Source: Asterias rubens
Taxonomy: Eukaryota
NCBI RefSeq assembly: GCF_902459465.1
Contig: NC_047062.1
Span: 16,864,001-16,928,000, forward strand
DNA: 64,000 bases
Direction: 5' to 3'
The position numbers were made by a program, and so were the translations under genes. How positions within the stretch are numbered: the stretch's first letter is position 1; each line of letters opens with the position of its first letter. Below, piece after piece: positions 56,737-64,000 of this stretch. The notes below the pieces were generated by a model that saw only the letters and a program-made list of their open reading frames with translations, was not told where the DNA came from and did not search any database.

Positions 56737-59700
56737 CTAGTCATCAAAGAAGGTATCTTGGGTATCAGCGTTGGCAGTTGCATGGCTGGCCCACTGACTC
56801 CCCGCTGCCCCTTCATCATCCTCGCTATCACTGCCGAGGCTGTGTTGTCTCTTTCTCACCTCAGCACTCGATAGAGGGTGATATTTCTTTGTTGGACTGC
56901 TACGCCCGTCGTAAATTCTTTCTGAGTTGTTTGTGGACGCTGAGCCCTTGATGGTTAAGGGGTTGTTGTTTGTTCCATCCAACCAGGAGTCAGCTTTAAT
57001 AAGAAAAAATTAAAACAATGATAATTAATAAGGTTATATATACATGTATGTGTTTTTTGTAACAATTATTATACTATTACTACAAAGTTCTATAGTTATA
57101 TGGTTAAAACTCAAATAATACTCTGTATCCCTGATGCAAATTTGACATCTCTAAAAATTGTTGCAGTACCCACTGTTTAAATAGGATTTAAACTGCCTCT
57201 AGCGAATAGGCTAGTCTGGTGGTGTACTGTGCTCTAGAATGGCAAATGTTGTTGGTTTGAATCTGCCACGAGTAATACTGCAATTTCCATTTGCTAAAAC
57301 AGCTTTGCAAACCTCCATGCTATTGAACGAAAATGAAATTAATTGATCTGTTATTTTTAATGCCCATCAAAAAAAATCTCTTTTTTTCCTTATGAATCAA
57401 AGTGTGAACATCCATTAAATCCTCAAGACGAACAGACTGAATCTGTCTCCCTATTACACAATGGAGTTCTTGGAAGACGAACAATAAAATATTCCGGAGA
57501 CTGAAGAAGTGCTCCCTGTAGAAAAAAATCAATGTCTCCAGCAGCAGACAGAAATCCAAACAGATGACTACTTACCATCGTCTGCATTAAACGTCTCATC
57601 TTTCTCCACATCAAAGTTCATATCATCTTCAAGATTTTGATTGAGACGTTTTGCCTTCTCCCGCGCCTGCGATGCTTTTAGTTCTCGAATCCTTTGTTTT
57701 GCTTGGAGTTCAGCGCTCTGTCTCGCTCTGTTCTTCTCTGCGGATGTAATCTTGTCTTCAAGCTTCAGATAAAATAATGCATGCATGGTATTAATTAATT
57801 AATCAATTAACAATCCATAAATAAATGAATCAATCATCAATAAATTGATCGATTATTCAATACATAAATTTATCAATCAATTATTCAAACGATCTATGAA
57901 TCAATTATGTTCAGTCTATCATGATATTAATTAACTAATCAATAAATCAATCAACAAATAAACAAAGCAATCAATAATCAATCTACAATAAAAAATTGAT
58001 CAATCAATCAATAATTATTCAACCAATCAATCAATGTCAATCAATCAAGCAATCATGATCAGTCAATCATAATCAGTCAATAACTCAATCAATCAATCAA
58101 ACTTAAATGAAATGATCAAAACTGTTGAACAGCGATAAATTCTCCCAGAGTATAGGCAATGAAGCAATTAAGTTTAAAAACAAAATCTAATTCGGTTTCC
58201 TTCGTACGCAATTTAAACCAGCTTTTTAATGCTTCAAATGTGTTTTGCACCACACAGTATCAATCATGCCAAAACAGTAATGGCCAATCGTTATTGTTTG
58301 TTTTTTGTTTGTTTGTTTGCTTTCAATAGTCTAGTCTACATACCCTCCTTTGTTGTGCTTCAGTGGTTTGGTTGGTGTCAAACTCTTTGGCTGCTAAGAT
58401 ATCTTTACGTCTTCTTGATGTCCGCTTAGCACTCTGCGCTCGCTTCTGTAGCTCCTGTAAAGTGTAGTTTAATAGAACAATTGGATTAAAAGTGCTCTCA
58501 TAGGTGTTGTGATTTTTAAATGCAAGTGTCCTTGTCCTGTCATGCAAAAAATTGTTAATGGCCGGATATTTCTACCCCAGCAGAGTCTTTCTCATTTAAG
58601 CCTAGATGTGAAAGACGCTGCTAGGAACAAAAGTTTAGGCCATTAACTATTTTTTCATTAATACCATAGATCCTTTTGGTTGGTAAGCAGTTTGCAACAG
58701 CTCATTCTTCTTGTCCTTAGATGGAGGAATATTATCTCTGGCTTGTAAACAAAACCCGGAAGCACAGAAAAGAAAATAAGACAAAGAAGAAGAACAAAAA
58801 GAGGAACAGAAAAGAGGAACAAAAAGAGGAAGAAGACGACAAAGAAGAATAAGAGGAAGATGAGGACAAAGACAACAAAGAAGAAGAAGACAACTTAATT
58901 GACAAGGGACACAACAACAATGAACAATTGAATAACTCATTGCCCGACAAACAAACAAATGATTTAACAAACCACAGGGCAAGGTCTTTACTATTTGAAA
59001 AAATAACTAATTACCTGAAACCTCCTCTCTTCAACAAGTTTTTGTCTCGTGGCTAAATCTTCAGCTGTAACTTTACGGTCTTCATCATCCACCATCTTCA
59101 TCTGGAAAAAAAGGAGAATATCATCTGCTTATCTGCTTTCTAATAGAATGAGCTGCAATTCCATAATGAGATTTGAGCAGCAATGACTTTTTAGTGGCAA
59201 TACCCAACTCTTCCTCTACATAGATCAGGTTGCTTTTAAACATAGACCCACTAAGCTAAAGTAGTCCATTTAAAACTGAACAATTCTTTTAAAAACTAAG
59301 AAGGCCTTTAAGAATCTACTCTGCAATAGTAGAACAACAGCACTTATCTACAAGATCAAAATGTAGGGTTACCGTGAACCAAATGCAATGAGAAAGTGTT
59401 GACAATATATATTTGGTTTGTTATTGACAGCTTTACCTGTAATCGTTTTGGCGGATGTTGTTTCACTATACTTTGACCCTTGGTTTCTCCGACGACGACT
59501 TCAAAGGCAACAGGAGTAGGAACTGTTTAACAAAAGAATCACATTTTGAAAATAAACTTCTCATAAAAAACTGTTTTTTTTCTGCCAATATTCATGGACA
59601 GGATGATCTTGTTCTGTGAGAGACTCATATAAAGTAAACTAGCCTTGTCCAAGGCTCTTTATGCAAGAATCGGCCCGCTCCGACTTCAAGAAATGCATAG

Positions 59701-61458
59701 ATACTATACCACACGGCACAAAACAGTACTTGATATCGCGGGGTCAAAGCATGGCTTTTCGAGGTATCAATGAGGTTACAAAACGAATGATCCGGCATCG
59801 TTTTGTAACCTTGTTGATACCTCGAAAAGCCATGCTTCGAACCCGCGGTATCAAGTACTGTTTTGTGCCTTGCGGTATAGTATCTATGCACTTCTTGAAG
59901 TCAGAGCGGGCCGGTGCTTGCGTAAAGAGCCTTGGACAAGGCTATAAAAGTAAATATGTTCATAACTTTTAGAAATTTATTTATCTTTTTTATAGATATT
60001 TTAATGTAAACTTTTCCCTAATTAGAAAACAAATAAGATTTTGAAACCTTCTATAAAAAAAAATCAAATTAAAAACCATAAGAAAACACTCTATGCTTGA
60101 ACTACAATACAAACATAATTTAATTAAAATCATATCTCCAACCAAAACCCTTCAAAATCAAATGAACGACAACATTTTTATTCCTCCATCACACACTGTA
60201 CAATCTCCGCATTATACTTTGCAAGTAAATGATTAATTCTAACCCGTAAAATGGCCCAAAATAGCCGTCAATTTCAAGTGTCATCGAGGAGCGCTGGTCT
60301 GCAGCTGCTGTTCACTTCCTGTACAGTTAGTGAGGCTTTTAAAAATTCCACTCTTTGACACTGCGTGCTTTGATTATAAAATGAACAATCATGTCTGTGC
60401 ATTCGGCAAACAGTTTCATTTTGTCTCCAACATTTGACTAAATACTTAGTCTGCCACCAGTGTAAATAACACTAAATTAAAAGGGAGGGGGGGGGGGGTT
60501 AAGTTGGGAAACGTTCTCAACATATCTCGTTATCTGCTCTCTCTTTATTTATCAGGGACTGTAGTGACATGAATGGAATACAATTGGGGTTCTATTTACT
60601 TTAGACTTGGTCACCTCTTGTAACTGTTTGCCTCTGACATTCTTGCTCTTGTATACGTGTTTGTACATAGGAAAACAGCACATAATACAAAAGTGTGGAC
60701 TTTGGGTGTTCTGATTGATGGGGTTCGGTTGATACTGTTTAAGATAGGTTGCAAGATATAAAGGACAAAATAAACATGATGATGGTGATAATTTGATAAA
60801 TCTATCGATTCACAATGCGTAGTAGTTTGAAACCTTTTGAGCTTTTTCATATTTTAGAGCAGGATTACCTGGAATACCGGATATAAGTAGGGCTGTAGTT
60901 TATAAATAATATATTGATACATCAAATGCCAGAATGCATCATACTACAAAAATGACAAAACTCAAATAGTTGCACCTGCAGTTTGTTTTACTTTTAGGGT
61001 GATAAAATTTACATCTATCATTGATGTCCATCATTGATTTTAAATATGAATTTTATCGATGTATTCAGTAGGTTTCTTGAACTCTATCACATAGTAGAAA
61101 CTCAAGGTTGTATACATTTTCAATTGAAATTCTGTTTGTCCTTGAAAATTCCTAGAGTTGTGCCATTCCTACCTTCGTTTTGTCTTGACTGGCTTCCGTC
61201 ATCTGTGGTCTGCCTGCCGGCTCTCCTACTACTACCATCAGTTGTCTTAGCGCTATCTATACCGCTATCTCTCCCCGTGCTTCTACTGTCTGGTCTTTGT
61301 CCGTTGTCACCTTCCAATGACTGGCTATCTCGTATTTTGGACTCACTCTGGGAAATCAGGACTTTTTCCCGTAAAGATGACGGCGATTTCTCTGGTTTGA
61401 GTTTATCATTTGACCCGAGGCTTGACGTTGATGCACTCTGTGAGCTTCCGCAACCCAT
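56737..61458 (-). CDS. CCDC198: CCDC198 (FAME/C14orf105)-like protein with a stathmin-like helical segment, about 337-345 aa
   Basis: Exons 61458-61173, an optional 24-nt 60892-60869, then 59522-59437, 59101-59015, 58454-58344, 57762-57576, 56993-56737, with phases consistent. N-terminal MGCGSS is a myristoylation/palmitoylation motif. FEVVVGETKGQSIVKQHPPKRLQ resembles the remembered CCDC198 motif F...TSIIKRHPPQRLQ. A charged coiled-coil follows, and the acidic end is SDSEDDE...FFDD. Orthology to CCDC198 versus STMND1 was not tested. Confidence 0.7.
57790..58102. repeat. Degenerate (AATC)n microsatellite region
   Basis: Repeated AATC/TCAA units in the CCDC198-like intron. Confidence 0.8.
58755..58935. 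repeat. Purine-rich (AAG/AAC)n low-complexity tract
   Basis: Direct reading; it gives rise to the spurious ORFs 58647-58982 and 58732-58950. Confidence 0.8.
59642..59942. mobile_element. 301-bp foldback (hairpin) element with TA flanks in an intron of the CCDC198-like gene
   Basis: The two arms of about 140 bp are reverse complements along almost their whole length, with TA on both sides. Confidence 0.8.
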
Positions 61459-64000
61459 TTTAAATATTTTTTTTAAAACACATCCAGATATGAAGTACGT
61501 GCAGAAGTCTATAGTGTCAGGTATTATTTTAGCTTCAGCGATTTTCTACAAAGTGTCCTTGCAATGACACAGGAGAGAGAGGAATGCAGTATAATTCCGA
61601 GAACCTTTTATCGTTGCTCTTAGCTGTCACACCATTTCATAGAGTGAACACATTTTTTCTAGCAGTGCCGAGTGAAAGGTTGGACAATGTCTGAAAAACC
61701 TGCAAAAAGAAGTAATGAAAACACACGCTGATAAGTTTCCAATAACAAATTTCATGATTGTTTCATTCAATAATTGGGCAAATTGTTGCCATTTCATGAG
61801 TGCGCATCTATTTTCTTTGTTCACACAGTGGAAGATAAAAAATAAATAAATTATATTCTCCTATTTTTTTCAAATTTCAATATGAAAGCTCCCATCGGTT
61901 ACTCTTTTCATGAATTTGTTTGGGGACCGCAGATGTCAAAAAGGAGAACAACGCCTCAGGAGTTACTTGGACTGGGTTTACTCCATAGAGAAGTAGATGA
62001 ATGAGGTTCGCTCCAATATTGTCTCCACGAAAGGAGTAGGTATGGGTTTAGCCTGCCCCGTATTTGTACTGTAGGAATGAATTTATTCTTCCAAATCCAA
62101 AGACCATGGGTCCATTGCATTATTCAATGACAATGTGATTATGAACATGATTGAATGATAGATAAACAAATTGATGTCAAAATGAAGTAAAGGAGTCAAA
62201 AGACAACAATGTACATTTTTAACAAGATGTCATAACCTGGCCTCATTCTAGAGGCTATGATGACATTAAGGAAGTAAATAAATCACACGTAAAAAACCTA
62301 AACATGGCAAACGCTGACAAGTGACACTGAGTGACATTCTCTATGGTGACACAGGCAGCAATTCAGCAGCAGCTTTATCATGTTTATCACTCAGTCCCAA
62401 AGGTTAACCTAGATTTTCATGTAAATTTATTTCCTGCAGTTTCGAAGGTTGATTTAACAGTCACACATTTAAAGTAGATACTCAAGGACAAACTGAAAGC
62501 AGGCCATGCTTACAATTACTAAAATACGAAAGAAGGAAAAAGAGAGTCACACAAACGTATTGCCATTCAACAACAGCACATCCCACACCGTAAAAACACA
62601 GACATAAAATATTTTCAGAGACAATTTATGATCATCGTAAAGTCAAGCAAGTAACTTCACAGAATACTTACAATTTTACTGTGCATTGTATCCATAGTAA
62701 TATCCATTATGCTATTGAATTTTATGCAGCAACAACCTCGTCTGTCATGTCTGTTCACTGTCCATTATAAAACCTTTTTTTTGTAAATTTCTTTTTACTA
62801 AAAACTATAACAGACTGAATGCTCAGATAGATGCATGTAACGCATACAAGATTCGTGCGTGCCGGTGTCGCGGTTTGCTGATTGTTATAGGAAAATGCCA
62901 CACGGACACTTTCTAAGCAAAGTTGGAAAAAGTTGAAATCCAAAATGGGTTAGTCGTCTTTAGAAAGGAACTTTTAGAATCTTACAAAATTCAAGAACTT
63001 TAATAAACGTACTGCTAGAGAAACACTTCATCATACTCATGAAGTTTTGTTAAAAAAATAGTAGAAGAAAATGCTGTCTCGATGCATTTCCAAGCAAAGA
63101 ATGTTTTACTCAACGACTAAAACCCCCTATCAAGAAAGTGGTGCGTGCCATTCAATCTGTCAAAAGAGGCTGGTCTGTCTCTGTTTCATGGCAACATGTA
63201 AACTAATGGCAGAGTTCGACCTGCCCCCCGTGTGGCGGCCTCGCCTGTGTTGGGTTGGAATGGGTTTAGCTGCATCGATCATGGTTTTCAATATTGCGGG
63301 CAACTTTTTTTTTTAAACAAAATAAAATTTTACCACCAATCAGAATTTGAATCATTAAAGCAATTTCGATGTAAACTTATTTTATAATGTGTTTTCATTG
63401 TGTTTTTAGGCCGACCATTTAATACAAATTTGCATGACAAAATAACTATGTGTACATGGTGTAGGCCTAAAAAGGTCGATCTGGCCATGGCTTCTCTTTC
63501 CTATGTTTGTCTTGAAATAAATTGTTCGATCTTGTTGCCTAATAATTGTTTGTTTCTTTAACCTTTCACCCTATATCTTTATGAAGGGGTTTGATTATAA
63601 ACTTCAACGGGCTAATTGGAATTTAATTGCACCGGGAGTTGCTTCGTGTGAAACCGGCCGGAAAGGTGATAAGGATAATTGCAAGAAGATCCCAAGTGTT
63701 ACGTTGGTACGTTGACAAAGCAAGTCATTTGCTGTAATGAATAGTACAACTACAAGTGCACCATTAGTATTAGCAGGGGTCACAATAATTCACCGACTTA
63801 AAGTAGGATTCAGCTTTAGACACACGAGGATGAAATCAATAAACATACGAAAATTTGCCGTGACAAGAAGATATATCCCTCTCTCCAGAGAAGCAATCTC
63901 CCGACAGAGCTACTGTCAGAAACATTGCGACATTCGATTCTGCTGAACCCCCATCACTCAAAAGAGATTTAATATAAAACCATGGAGGTAGAAATGACAA

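Noticed and set aside
61034-61567. 177-aa hydrophobic plus-strand ORF
   Set aside because: Antisense shadow of the Ser/Arg/Asp-rich first coding exon of the CCDC198-like gene.

Overview
AT-rich eukaryotic genomic DNA with GT-AG introns. The repeat families and gene structures suggest an invertebrate deuterostome, probably a sea star (inference, not tested). Three multi-exon genes on the minus strand could be assembled by hand with consistent splice phases: a membrane-anchored glutaminyl cyclase (QPCT/QPCTL-like, 8164-15148, 406 aa), NRDE2 (45494-53562, 1271 aa) and a CCDC198/FAME-like protein with an N-terminal acylation motif (56737-61458). The window also holds an intronless 382-aa orphan ORF (40438-41586, plus strand) and the 5' end of an unidentified signal-peptide gene (38.7 kb to 36 kb, minus strand). 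An isolated two-exon fragment of cytoplasmic dynein heavy chain (AAA1 Walker A) is fused into a MITE at 27.4-28.0 kb. Non-coding DNA is full of TTAA-flanked Kolobok-like MITEs, Harbinger-like MITEs, tRNA-derived SINE pieces and long palindromes. The most unusual observations are four tandem copies of the NRDE2 terminal coding exon (three with intact acceptors) and the dynein fragment bracketed by matching MITE ends. No database searches or computations beyond manual reading were run. Protein identities rest on remembered family motifs.
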